A stretch of 64,000 bases of DNA from Octopus bimaculoides (lineage: Eukaryota), in NCBI RefSeq assembly GCF_001194135.2, contig NC_068990.1:78570139-78634138 (forward strand), in the 5' to 3' direction. The notes below the pieces were generated by a model that was not told the origin of the DNA, made no database searches, and saw nothing but the letters and a program-made list of their open reading frames with translations. The stretch's first letter is position 1, and the number at the start of each line of letters is the position of its first letter. Below are positions 24,591 to 37,599 of the stretch, piece after piece. A program made the position numbers and the translations under genes.

Positions 24591-24986
24591 AATAAGGGTT
24601 TCAAATTTTGTCACAAGGACAGCAACTTTGGTGGAAGGGACGAGTCAATTACATTGATCCCCAGTGTTCAACTGGTATTTATTTTATCGACCCTGAAAGG
24701 ACGAAAGGCAAAATCGACCTTAGTGGAATTTGAACTCAGAATGTAAAGACAGACAAATAATAATAATAATAATCCTTTCTACTATAAGCACAAGGCCTGA
24801 AATTTTGGAGTAGGGGGACTAGTTGATTACATCGACCCCAGTATTTCACTGGTGCTTATTTAATCGACCCCGAAAGGACGAAAGGCAAAGTCGACCTCAG
24901 TGGAATTTGAACTCAGAACGCAGTGATGGGTGAAATACTGCTAAGCATTTCGTCCAGTGTGCTAACGATTCTGCCAGCTCACTGCC
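24591..24986 (-). mobile_element. Two tandem SINE family B copies (24591-24755 and 24775-24986)
   Basis: Both contain gaaaggcaaa.tcgacct.agtggaatttgaactcagaa; separated and followed by (TAA)n. Confidence 0.88.
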
Positions 24987-25040
<54 letters not shown>

Positions 25041-25572
25041 GTTGTTTTAGAAACATTAAAAAAAGTCTCTAAGAAGTTGTGACATCCATGCTTTGCCAAA
25101 GAGTGATTTCAGTTACTATAGCAACCTTTGTTGGGTAAAACAGGAAACTTTCATTATCATATGAGGGGATCTTAGCTTTGTGAGCAAACAAAACAACTTT
25201 ACTTCAAATGAGGAACTAGGTGGGGGTGATCTTTCCAGACCAGTTGCAAATTTAAGTTGTGTAAGAAACCATGGGGCCAAATTTGTGCTCAGAAAAACAA
25301 TCAGTCTTTTAGTAATGAAGAGAATTACAACTTAAATTACTATTTTGCATCTTCAGGTTTGAACAATTTTTCACAGGTTTTGTTAGCAGAAAGTTTTAAA
25401 TTTGAATGCAGAAGGCTTTTCTTCTGTTCTGAGTTCAAATTCTGGCTTTCATCTTTTCGGGATTCATAACATAAGGACCAGTCAAGCACTGTGGTCGACG
25501 TAATAAACTTACCTCACCCCCAAAATTTGAAATTATTATTATCATCATCATCATCATTATCATTATTATTGA

Positions 25573-25995
25573 GGTGGCGAGCTGGCAGAATCGTTAGCAT
25601 GACAGGCTAAATGCTTAGTGGTATTTCATCTGTCTACATGTTCTGAGTTCAAATTCTGTTGAGGTCGACTTTGCCTTTCATCCTTTTTTGGGGGGGGGGG
25701 GTGATGAATTAAGTACCAGTGAAACACTGGGGTCGGTGTAATCAACTCACCCCCTCCCCAAAATGGCTGCCCTTGTGGCAAAATCTGAAACCAAAATCCT
25801 AAGCATGCTGGACAAAATGTTTAGTGGTATTTTTTCCGTCATTGCATGCAGAGTTCAAATTTTGCATGGGTCAACTTTGCCTTTCATTCCTTCAGGGTCA
25901 GTAAAATAAATACCAATTGAGTGCTGGGGTCGATGTATTTGACCAGCNNNNNNNNNNCCCCCCAATTTCAGGCCTTGTGCCTATCATTAAAAAGG
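25573..25995 (+). mobile_element. Two tandem SINE family B copies (25573-25790 and about 25797-25995)
   Basis: Head GGCGAGCTGGCAGAATCGTTAG, B box GAGTTCAAAT, GCCTTTCATCC domain, and (TTA)n before and after. Confidence 0.88.
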
Positions 25996-26814
25996 ATTGT
26001 TGTTGTTATTATTATTGAGAAGTCACCAATAAACATCTGATAATACGAAATCCCTTCCTAATCTCTTCTCTAGTCCAGCTGATAAGCAAACTCTCTTTCC
26101 TTCCAAATTTTCAAGTCATTTTACATTGCTCTTTATATCAAAGTTCATGGAAAAGCATGAATGCTCCAACTTCCTCTTCATCCAATTAAAAATCATAGTT
26201 TCTATTCCGATGGAAGAATATTGCATTTTTTCTTTCATTGATTTATCACAAATTTTGTAAATACTCGTATGATTGGCTATAAATATAGTATGATTGGTTA
26301 TGATTGGTTATAGGTTTCCAACAGGAAGAACAGAAATTGGAGGGAGTAAATACAACAAGGTACTTTTGTCCCACATACACACACGACAATTTCCATCCAA
26401 AGTCCTGCACAGTTAAGATTGAACCAAGAATCAAACGCTTCAGCACAACTGCTCTACTTGTGTATACCTGTGTATAGTTGCATAATTAATCGATCCAACA
26501 CAGGCAAATGTGCAAAGGAGACGAGTAAACAGAGTGTTCACACCAATGAATCATTGAATAAAGTGCAGTGAGGAGATAGTAAAACAGTTATGGCTGTCTT
26601 ATTTATTCAATTATTTTGTACTTGTGTCTAGGAAGTATTTACATAAAACTTGTTGGGGGGCAAATATTTGCTATTAACAATCCAAACTTGTGATAAATAT
26701 TACCAATCAACCAGATGCCATCAGTTGCTCTCTTCTTCAATCTTACAAGGTCTGTCATCATTTTCTTTTTCATGCACCTTGAACTCATTATTATATTAAA
26801 TGATAAAGCAACGG

Positions 26815-27012
26815 GTTGGCAGAATCGTTAGCAGAATCGTTAGCAGAATCGTTAGTAAAATGCTTAGTGGCATTTTGTTCATCTTTACATTCTGAGTTCA
26901 AATCCTGTAAAGGTCAATCTTGCTTCTCCTACTTTCACAGTTGAGGTCAATGTAATCAATTCATTCCCACCACCCTAAAATTGCTGGCCTTGTGCCAAAA
27001 TTTGAAACCATT
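26815..27012 (+). mobile_element. SINE family B with a 12-bp triplication in the head
   Basis: (GCAGAATCGTTA)x3, then the family B body. Confidence 0.8.
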
Positions 27013-30000
27013 GTTATATTACACTGTATTATGTAATATTAATTCAATATAATAATAATATATAGTTTATTTATAATTATTTTTGTTATTTTACATCCAT
27101 TTTAACATGATGCATTGATTGTAAGGAAATTTATGCATTCCTAGAGAACTGATAAAACCATTCCCCTGTGATGGATGGTTTTTCTACAGCAAAGCAAACA
27201 ACAGGAAAACAAGTGTGAAATATGTCAACCTGAGACGAGGGGAGGGGGGGGAGAAAGAGACAAACAGTCTTGTGTGTTGCCTTGGGATATTTTTCATTTT
27301 TTTTTCAATTTATCCCTTTAAAATTGTTTTTCTAAAATATTCAAATAATAACAAGATCACACATCTGTCTTGAAGATTACCTCCTCCCTCCCTCCCTCTC
27401 TCTGTTAGTCAATTAAATTGCTCTAAAGAAGATTATGCAAATAAAAGTTAATCTTTTGTTTATTGTAATATGATTTTTTTCTGGTTTTGAGTAAAACACG
27501 GGTGAAATGCAGCGGAAAACATTAGTGAAGTGGAGCATAAAATTGAACATTCTTTTGGTTTGATGAATAAAAGCATTCTAGGAGCTTCTACTTCAAGGAG
27601 TTCTAATGACACCAGTTCAGGTTATTCTTACCATTTCAGTGAACTCCAAACTTCCTTGTTCAGATTCTGGTGTATTTTTATTTGAAATGTGGAATAAAAT
27701 TCTTTGAAAATAGTTTTGAACCAGGTGAGGAATGAGTGCTACGCTTGAGGATTTCATTTTCAATGATTTGTGACAGACACATTTTCATTTTTGTTAAACC
27801 ATCAAAACCCTAACTGTTCTCATTTGAGTCTTTCTAAATAGATGAAAGTTATTGTAGGGGATGTACAAATCTGGTAATTTGAAGAATATTGAAGGGAACT
27901 GAAAAAATTTTATGAGTGATAATAAATCACAAGGTTGTCCGTTAATGCATTTTAAAGAAAAAAACTAGATCGGAATGGGTAGAAAACTAACTTTGGGGAG
28001 ACAAAACTTGAAAAAAAGATCATTCTATTGTTACTTTGTTATATATTCTATATTACATATGTCATAATAAATATAGTATGTACTATATACATACATGTGT
28101 ATATATGTAATATACATACATGTATAGAGAATATACAATATATATATATATACATTTGTAAACAATATGTTATATATACACATATGTGCATATAATTTAC
28201 TGCTGACAAGAGAGTGATATATTGGAAGTTAACAGCTTCTGTGCAAACTCAGTTAACGACATCGTCTAATTACAGATGATCAATTGGTCAAGTGGTACAG
28301 GGTGTGTATGCAATTAAATTGAATGAAGATTGTATTAATAGCAAGAAAATCAAAAGTATGATAATAGAGGCATCAATGTCCTCACATTACCATAAACAAT
28401 AGAGCAGCAGAAACAAGGCAAGTTCTCTCTTCATCTCTCAAGTAAATATCTCAATCTCAAGGGAAGGAGATGTGGAACGAAAATGGAGATTGGTAAAGCT
28501 GTAAGAGTTATTTGAGAAACTACGCCCTACACCCTGTATGGTCTTTGAAGAGCATCGGGTAAACCACAAAGCACCATCTATTCCTTTATTGTGCTATGAA
28601 AATATATGAGTGAGATGTTTGTGTTAGATGCTCAGTGTAATATAGGGAGAGAGACCACATCAGCTAGAAGAAAGTGATGAGAAAAGCAGGGATGGTATGT
28701 TAACATCAGAGAAAAATAAGAAGGCTAAAATCAAACATTCTCCAAGTAGGAAGGCCTACAAAATAGAGGAGTGGAATAATTCCAGAAATTGGTAGAATTA
28801 ATAATGTAAAAAAAAAACAAGGAAAACTGAATGCAAAATATTTTTCAATGACAGTTTTAGACATCCAGGGTTCAACTGGAACAACACTAGCAGGGTTGTA
28901 TGTTGGTAGAGGAAGGATTTGTCATACCCAATATTCCAGTGGGAGTCAGAGGAAAGAAATTTATGGGATAAACTATAGAATCTGAGAAAGACAATACTGG
29001 ACTGTGTCAAAGATAAACATTGGCATAAGGAAGAGTTTAACATTTTAGGTATTATCTTTCACTGGAGTTTGAGGGATGATTTGCCAAAGGATGCAGCTGA
29101 AATAATATTCCATTTTTATTTTAAGGATACCTAAAGGGCTGTGTTTCTGGACATGATACTTAGTCTTTCTCTATATCTATTAGTTAGAAGATTGGCATCA
29201 GGTTTTCTGTGAATCTTGTTTCCCAAAGACTGACGCTCGCTGCCAGGACACTCTACCCTTATTGTGATAGATATTGAGTAAAGTAGTAGCTTTTTGTTGG
29301 GATCATGGAAATGAATATTATTTTAAATTTGTTATCGTATGATGATAACAAGTCTGTTGTCAGCAACTAGCATCTTTGGCATCTCCTCCCTCTTCCTCCA
29401 ACGAAGACATTAATATTACACAATTTATGAAAAGAAATTGTAAAATCCAGTGAATGGGGGCTAAAAAAATATGAACCAATTTGAAAACAACCATTTCACT
29501 CTTGAAAATTCCACAACCAATTTCAGCAGATAAAAACAAAAAGAAAAGAAGCATTAAAAATGATTAAAAAAGATAGAAATGGGAATCCATGGGAAATATT
29601 TAAAATTTATTTTGTTATTTGTTCTTGGAAAGAAGAGAAAATTGAATGTTTACTGACATCTTTATCACCGTAAAAACATTTGAAGTTAACCCAATTATTA
29701 AAACAGTGGAACTTCACACTTTAGTTTTTGGTTAAATTGATGCATTCATTAAATAATAATCTTAATTCCCAATTTCTTTTATTGGTTGAACAGTAAAACT
29801 CACTTCAAATGAAAAAAAAAAAATTGAATTTTCAAATTAGAATATATTTCAACCATCAAAATATATTTTATCTCCAAAGACAATGTTTTAAAGCAAAATA
29901 ATAACATTGAAATTTGTTAAATAGTTTCTTCTTTTACTGAGAGATGCAACAAAATCTTGTCAATTTACCATTAAAATATTTAAGAAAAATTTGAAAAATA

Positions 30001-32029
30001 TAAATAAAAATTATTCAATTGTTTTGCCATATTAATCTGGCTGAACAGGTCTTGTTCTCTAAATCTTGCACTGGTTTCAGTTATTTGACTGTGGTCATGC
30101 TGGAGCAACACTTTCTAGTGTTCGGTTGATCAAACAGACCTCACTACTCATTTTAGCCTGGTATTTATCAATTTTTATCAGTTAAACTGCTAATTTACAA
30201 TACGTAAAGAAACACAACAAATCAAGATATTTTCTAGTCTTCCTTTTGATGTTAGCATGGGTGTTTATGATTAGGAAAAGATTTAGTTGGAATATATCTT
30301 TTATTTAACTCATGAAAAGAACAATCATAGATCAAAAAAGAATGACTCTAAACAGATGATGGCCCATCAAAGAAAAACTGCAGACCAAAAAAGAGGACTC
30401 TAAAGAGATGATGGCCTATCAATAAATAATCATAACCCACAACAATAGAGGGAAAATTTACATAATTTCTTCAAACAACATAGATTTAAGAGATCCACTA
30501 AGCACAATAGACCTCAGTTTTGTTTCTTTCATTTATTTTCTATTCTATCATTATGAATGTAATGTCACACATCTTTTTAATAAGTACTCTGCTCACTTTC
30601 AAGATCTCAACTGCTTCTTCTTTTCTATTCTGATACAAAATAATGACTACAGGAATAGCCAAGTGCACCTCTTCAACACCTAAAATAACTGTCACAAGAG
30701 CAAAACAGGGGTACATGCAAAATTATATGATTCACTCAGCTGGTCTGTGTGGAGTCCTTTTCACAGTGTGCAATATGTTGGTTTTTGCACAAGTATTTAC
30801 AAAAAAAAAAAAAAAAAAAAGAACTATGTGTGTATGTGTGTGTGTACATGCATATGTATGTGTAGAGTTGGATGAAGACCTACTGATGACCTAACCCCAC
30901 CCCAACAATTATGTCCCATTATCCTTCATCTGTCCTATTGTTGAGATATAAAGACATAAAGAATGTTGAATGTGAAAGAAGAGGTAATAAAATACAGGTG
31001 TTTCTTTTTTTCCAGGCTATCTGTCTGACCAAATCTCACAACTATATTAAATATATCCTGGTCTTAAATTCTATTTAACACTAATTAGCAAATCAATGAG
31101 TAATTCATTTACTTATAATCAGAGCAACAAGATAAAAATGCAAATCTTCAACACACGTGCGTGTTTAATGGTTTAATCTCACACACACACACAAATGTTA
31201 ATGCATGGGTCATATGTATCAGCATACATAAACCTAGTCAAACATTAACTGATAAAACATTCAATAAATGAAAGTATGAAGGGGTGCGGGGTGTGGGGTA
31301 AGAAAGCAGGTAAACAGTTGCCATCGACTAGATTCCACTCACAAGTTGCTGGTCAACCTCGTATGTAGACAGATGTATTGTTATCTTTTTAGATTAGGAG
31401 GATAAAAAAATAAAGGAAAATTTGATTTTGGTGCATTTAACCAATTAGTGGGTTAATTAGAGGAAATTTAACATTAAATTGGAAATGAAATTATATGGTG
31501 GTTTTAGTCTTTGTTTCGTTTGTGATTTTACAATAGTTGAAAAAAAAATTTTAAAAAGGGTTGAGCAAAAGACCATAAATTTCTAAGGGATTAAGTTGAT
31601 TAATGGTAATTATTTCATTGATGAAAGATAAAGGTGACCACTGGTCATAATCAAAGTCAGAACAGGCAGTGGACAGAAGTGTGTGGAAGGTATTTATGAA
31701 GATGCTCAATCAATTCTAAAAAGAAGAAAAACACTGCTCAGCAGGCAGCCTGATCCTTGGGTACCTCTACTCAGTAGGCAGCCTGATCCTTGGGTACCTC
31801 CCCTCTATGTTGGCCCACATGGGTAATAAAAAAAACAGATCCTTGGGTACCTTAAGTGAAGTTGACTCTGTTGATGTTGTGTCAGATCAGGTCACTTCTT
31901 ACCAATGTTTTCCATCAATAAGTTTTTATTGTTCCATCAATAAGTTTTTATTGTTCCATCAATAAGTTTTTATTGTTCCATCAATTCCATCACTTTACTG
32001 CAAAGACACACCTGTTGTAAAAAGCACGA

Positions 32030-32237
32030 TCCAAACGTAATCGATGCCAGGCCCACCTGAGTGGCTCCTGTGCCAGTGGCACGTAAAAAGCACCCACTAC
32101 ACTCTTGGAGTGGTTGGCATTAGGAAGGGCATCCAGCTGTAGAAACATTGCCAGATCAGATTGGCTCTCCAGACCTCAGTCAAACCGTCCAACCCATGCC
32201 AGCATGGAAAACGGACGTTAAAAGATGATGATGATGA
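32030..32237 (+). mobile_element. RTE-type 3' end with (GAT)n tail
   Basis: GCACCCACTACACTC..GGAAGGGCATCCAGCTG..GGACGTTAAAA(GAT)n. Confidence 0.8.
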
Positions 32238-32587
32238 TTGTCATAAATCTTCTTTTTCCTGATTTTGAGGGAGCCACAACAAAGATGTTCAACCTACTAA
32301 AAATAAAGGGAAAATCTACCTCAAATAACATTGAACCATCTTAAAAAATGGACACAATGAATATCATACTCCTAGGTACACTAGTGCTTAAAGAAAAAGA
32401 AAAGGAAGAAACAGAAGAGCCACAACATGGTGGAGATGAGTTTGATCATCTGACTGATCAGGTTTGATTAATCAGTGGCTTGATTGATTAGGACTGACTT
32501 AGTGATTACCAACAACAACCATTTTTAATGTTGTCAAGAATATTAAAATGACTTGTTTATTAAATATATTTACATATTTTTTCAATA

Positions 32588-33005
32588 GGCAAAGGAGTGG
32601 CTGTGTGGTAAGTAGCTTGCTTACCAACCACATGGTCCCGGGTTCAGTCCCACTGCATGACACCTTGGGCAANNNNNNNNNNGGTCCCGGGTTCAGTCCC
32701 ACTGCATGACACCTTGGGCAAGTGTCTTCTACTATTGCCTCAAGCTGACCAAAGCCCTGTGAGTGGATTTGTAGACGGAAACTGAAAGAAGCCTGTCATA
32801 CACACACACACACGTGTGTGTGTTTGTGTGTCTGTGTTTATCCCCCCACCATCACTTGACAACCGATGTTGGTGTGTTTACGTCCCTGTAACTTAGCGGT
32901 TCAGGCTTACAAAGAATAAGTCCTGTGGTTGATTTGTTCAACTAAAGGCAGTTGCTCCAGCGTGGCCGCAGTCAAATGACTGAAACAAATAAAAGGGAAA
33001 GAATA
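32588..33005 (+). mobile_element. SINE family A, full length (spans a 10-N gap)
   Basis: Head, CACCTTGGGCAAGTGTCTT, central CA/TG microsatellite and the family 3' end. Confidence 0.88.
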
Positions 33006-33064
33006 AATTCCAAAAAGCGTCAGGAATAAATCTGATTATTTCTTAAAGTTGTTGAAATACCTTT

Positions 33065-33173
33065 ATCATCATCATCATCATCATCATCATCATCGTTTAA
33101 TGTCTGCTTTCCATACTGGCATGGGTTGGACGGTTTGAGTGAGGGCTGGCAAGCCAGAAGACTGCACCAGGCT
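33065..33173 (-). mobile_element. Short RTE-type 3' end
   Basis: (CAT)n followed by CGTTTAATGTCTGCTTTCCAT. Confidence 0.75.
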
Positions 33174-34223
33174 ATTCACCAATGACTTTTTAAGTAGATA
33201 TAAGTGTGTGACAAATAATCAAGTGAAAGACATCACTTCAGTGATATCTCTGTAGCAAGTGGTGCACTGGGTCAAGGCCAACACACTCAACTCTCTCACC
33301 GTTCCAGGCCACATATCAGTGAATGTTGTTGAACTTTAGGTCAATTTTGATCGAGGCAGACCTATGATCAAGTGTATTCCACCTGTGACCATCCCATCCT
33401 TGTATATTTGATCTTTATTTATTTAAAGTAGTGTGTGATTTGAAGGTGATTTGGTTGTTATTTCTAGCAGACTGGGTGGTCTCATTGAGGCTCCCTCATT
33501 GGCTGTGAGTATGCGACACTGAGTGCAGGAGACACACTGATGTTAAAATGTGAAGATATTGCAGCAGGCTTAAGGAATATTCCATTAGAAGAGGGAATAA
33601 GGCTTAAGGAATATTCCATTAGAAGATGGCGTTACTGTGAGCCAAGGGAAGAAATCAGGAAACTGCTTCAATATGTCCTCACAAAAATGATGACCAAGAG
33701 TTCAATCCTATGTGACTCTTCCAATTGTGTGACTTAAAGAAAAATGAAGCAGTTAATTCCATTAGCAAAACTGTTTATCACCCATTAACATCTTCATTCT
33801 AAATGCCAAATCTTTCTCCATTTTGCTTATTAGAGTTTTTTTTCCGAGATTTCCTCGATAAACATCAACAAATCAAAGTTTTGTGAGTTTCAATAAAATA
33901 TAAAACATAAATAAGATGAGCCAAGTCTCTATAAGGCTATTTGGAATGCTAAAAATAACAGTTTATGTTCCTGAAATAACCCTTACTATCTGGAAAAAAA
34001 AAAAAAAGGGGGAGGATACAATAAACGATGCAGTTCTAGATATATTGTCTGGGGAAATAAGGGGGAAAATGGTTTCGATGGTCAAGCTGGAATTAGATGA
34101 AGGCTTGACCATGGCAAAACAAGTCATAATAGTAGTTCTTAATGACAACATGTTATCATCAAACAAGAGGATTGATGGAAGGAGGGTGGAAGAGAAAATA
34201 GTGTTATGGTTTAAACTTGGGAG

Positions 34224-34268
<45 letters not shown>

Positions 34269-34816
34269 GAATTAGACATATTCACACTGTAGGATATAGC
34301 CAAAAGGAAAGAGTGATGGACAGATATATCACAGGACTAGTGAATTGTATGATTTTATTTTAATGTTTGATGTAGTCAATAAATTTATGAAAGAAAACGA
34401 AAATAGTGTTAGTCTGTAGTGACCTTTTATACCTAGTGTATGTGTGTGTGAGAGAGAGAGAGAGAGAGATGTTTCTGGGCTGAATGACAAGAAAAGGAGT
34501 TTGTTGTAGTTAAGCAGAAAAAAGAAGTGAAAGGAAGTGGGAGGAAAGAAAGGACAAACCTGACACTGAGTTGTTGTTGTTCAGCATTAAAATAAATAAT
34601 GTAATGGGAGGAGGAGGAGACATGGACAGTGAAGAATTACATGTCTCTGATACAACACTGTATTAGTAACAAGATATTAGGAAATACCAGTTGACTGTCA
34701 ACTGTGACCAGTATTGATACCTCATTAGCCATCAGCTGCAATTGTTTATTATCAACAACATATGGAAAAAAATGAAACAAAATTAATGAAATGTGGTTTT
34801 GTTTTGGTCAATTTTA

Positions 34817-35270
34817 ACCCCTTTTAGCATTTAAATTATTCTGTCAAATGTAATGCTTATTTACTGACACCCTTTTGATTTGAAACCTAATTGCTAGATA
34901 TTCAGTCTGACAACATGACTGAACCATCATAATTTCACATGATTGATCTATTAATTGACCAATCAGTGTGAGGCTGTGGGTGTGATATGGTTTTCTTGAA
35001 CATTCTAGAATTTGGCTTCTGGTCCCCTATAAAAACTGCTTGGAGTGCAGACAGCCAAGGACCTGTTGCCATGGAAATTTACACAGTTGACTTTGTATAT
35101 TTTTGGACTGACCACATCTTGTCACACAGATGGCTTTCATTAATTTCAGAGTGACAGTTTATTTTTAGAATGAAATTGTTGGGTAGGTATAAGAAGCAGG
35201 ATCTGGCCAGGTTGACCCCAAAACAGGTAAAATATCTTGCCTGGATATGGCTGGTTTAAATGCTAAAGTG
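34817..35270. mobile_element. piggyBac-like MITE with about 230 bp of extra internal sequence
   Basis: TTAA at 34813-34816 and 35271-35274; ends CCCCTTTTAGCATT / AATGCTAAAGTG. Arms match 14401-14620, which lacks the middle segment. Confidence 0.75.
34959..35078 (+). promoter_or_regulatory. Heat-shock-type promoter cassette: CCAAT, HSE, TATA, X-box-like motif
   Basis: CCAAT 34959-34963; TTCttGAAcaTTCtaGAA 34993-35010 (four alternating nGAAn units); TATAAAAA 35028-35035; GTTGCCATGGAAAT 35065-35078. Confidence 0.55.
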
Positions 35271-36803
35271 TTAAACATAGAAATATTAACCAGACAGAAG
35301 CTAGGCAGGTGGAAAGCTTTGGTTCTATCAATATACAACTTGTACCAAATATTACAATAATTATTACAACACAAGGGATGTAATAAGCCATAAAGATCAG
35401 TTGTCTACAGATGTAAACATTGACCATTCTATGCTCAAACTGACCATTCTACCTGATCAAAACTCAACTCATAAAAGAGGCTTGTATCAATGCCATTTTA
35501 TAATTTTTTTTTTTTGTCATTAACAAACAACTTCACAAATCTCATATCTTGCTCTGAAGCCAACTCTTGTAAGCCAGGCTTATCAATTCCATGCTAATTC
35601 ACCAACTTTTGCAACCATTTTCACATCTAAAACTTTCAGTCAAAAGAGAAAAGAAAAAAACAATTTTTTTTCATGGTGGCAGCTTTGAAAGTAAAAACCA
35701 ATTTTCTATAGTGGTTGCTTTAAATATCTCCTTGGTTCTTTTTTCTTTCCTTTTTTTTCCCATTTCTACCTAGCAACTAACAGCTAAAGAACTGGCATAA
35801 GCTAGAAGAAATGCTAAAGGCTAAAGGAATTCATTGCAGACATTTGATGTATGTTGAGATATTAATGGTTTCTTGCACAACAATGAAGAAACCTTAGTTT
35901 TAGGAAAGGAATTTACAAAGATTTTATGTCTTTTAAAATGTATATGAGCAAACATGAAGCAATTGAAACAGAGGTCGCAAGAATTTACTGCTGTTGACCA
36001 GACATTAAAACAGAAATATCTTCTATGGGTACCACTTCTTTTTTTTGTTTTTTTTTTTGAAAAGGAAGAGAGATGAAAGGGTGAAAATTCAGAATCTCAG
36101 AAAATTCTAATCAATAGGAGAGTTTGCAAAGTTTTAGTCCTTGTTGTTTGTCTGAGAATGATGAAAGACAGAAAGAAACTTCAGAGTATCGTCTTAATTT
36201 ACAGTTAATAAATAACATTAATTTTTATCTACCTCAAGGATTTTTGTACACTGTCTTTGGAACTGTAAAATATGATATCAAACGTGTATGACATGAAATA
36301 TTTGATACACACACACACACACACACAAATGCAAATATGTCTAATAAACACATCTAGTACGGTTTTCTTCTCTTGGTACAAGTTCTATGAAGGTAAGAAT
36401 AATTGGAGAACTTTTTACATGACATAAAGGTGAAGGGAGGAGAGGATTCTGTAGAGGAGTTCTGATCATGTGATCAGGAATTTAATCTTAATAACAAAAT
36501 CCTTATTTTGTGCTCCTCACTAATGTAGCCCTTCTCATCACAGTCTTCACTAAAGCAAGGAAAATATCACATCCAGTTTCATATGCAAATGTCAACATTT
36601 GTAAAAGCCACCCATGCAGATTAATGGAAGTAAGATGTGTGCTTTTAATTTAAATGGATACATACATAGAAACGCACACACACATATACACACATGCACA
36701 CACATATATACATACATGTATTTTCTCTCCCTTTCTCTCTCTCTATATATATATGTATATGTATATATACGAGTAAATGGACAAATAAAAGAAGGGCGCT
36801 CAA

Positions 36804-36960
36804 CCAATTTATTGGGAGTAACATGTATGGATCAAAACAGTTTGATTCAAATTTGTTGGTACTGTTGAGTTTCAAGCGTGACGCTAGTTGTCCGCCATTT
36901 TGAATTTGATTGACAAAAGTTGATTGTTATTACCGTAAAGTGGACTGCGATTGGTTGAGG
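36804..36960. promoter_or_regulatory. CpG-containing promoter-like patch
   Basis: CCAAT 36804-36808, YY1-like CCGCCATTTTG 36892-36902, and ATTGG 36950-36954. Confidence 0.25.
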
Positions 36961-37599
36961 TAGGTCACGCATGGTTTGATGTTGGTATATAGATAACAGT
37001 TAGTTAGAAATACTGCATGATGAACAGGAAATTGACCATGAGGAGGAGAAGAAATGGACCACGAAGTGATTAGGAAGTCAATCAGGTTGTTGGTGAGGCG
37101 GGAGTAGGAAGAGGAGACACATCCAAGTATATTGTAATTCTATATGTGGGTGAGTAGACATGCACATATAGTTTTGCATGCATATGTATATTGATGCGAA
37201 CATGTGCATCTGTGCATTGGTGCACATGTACATGCCTGCACACACACACATGCTTGGTCGAACACATACACACACATGCATGCACATACACACATACGCA
37301 AACCCATTATTCTTGCCGGTTGGGATTCATATAAGCCCCAAGGTAGGATTTTGTACCAATTTGTATCTCTAGAAATATTCTCCTGATGACAGGAATGGAA
37401 TTGTCATCTTGTTTATTTCCGTTATTTTACGATACGGTTTATAATATGGTAGAATAGGTTCCAAACTTTGAAATTGCAATAAAGAATTAACTTTTTATCT
37501 TCAAATTGTGGATTTTATATGTCATGTTGCTTGCAGACAGCTTTATTGTGAGGAGATAAAATATGAGTGACAATAGTGGCTTTATAGGATCTTTCTGAT

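Noticed and set aside
27435-27442. Octamer ATGCAAAT as an snRNA distal element
   Set aside because: No snRNA or proximal element was recognised downstream, and the octamer recurs several times in this AT-rich window.
28400-29250. Decayed L2/CR1 LINE on the minus strand
   Set aside because: The composition is suggestive, but I could not recover any convincing RT motif.
32633-32722. Tandem duplication inside a SINE head
   Set aside because: Identical sequence on both sides of a 10-N gap is most likely contig overlap.
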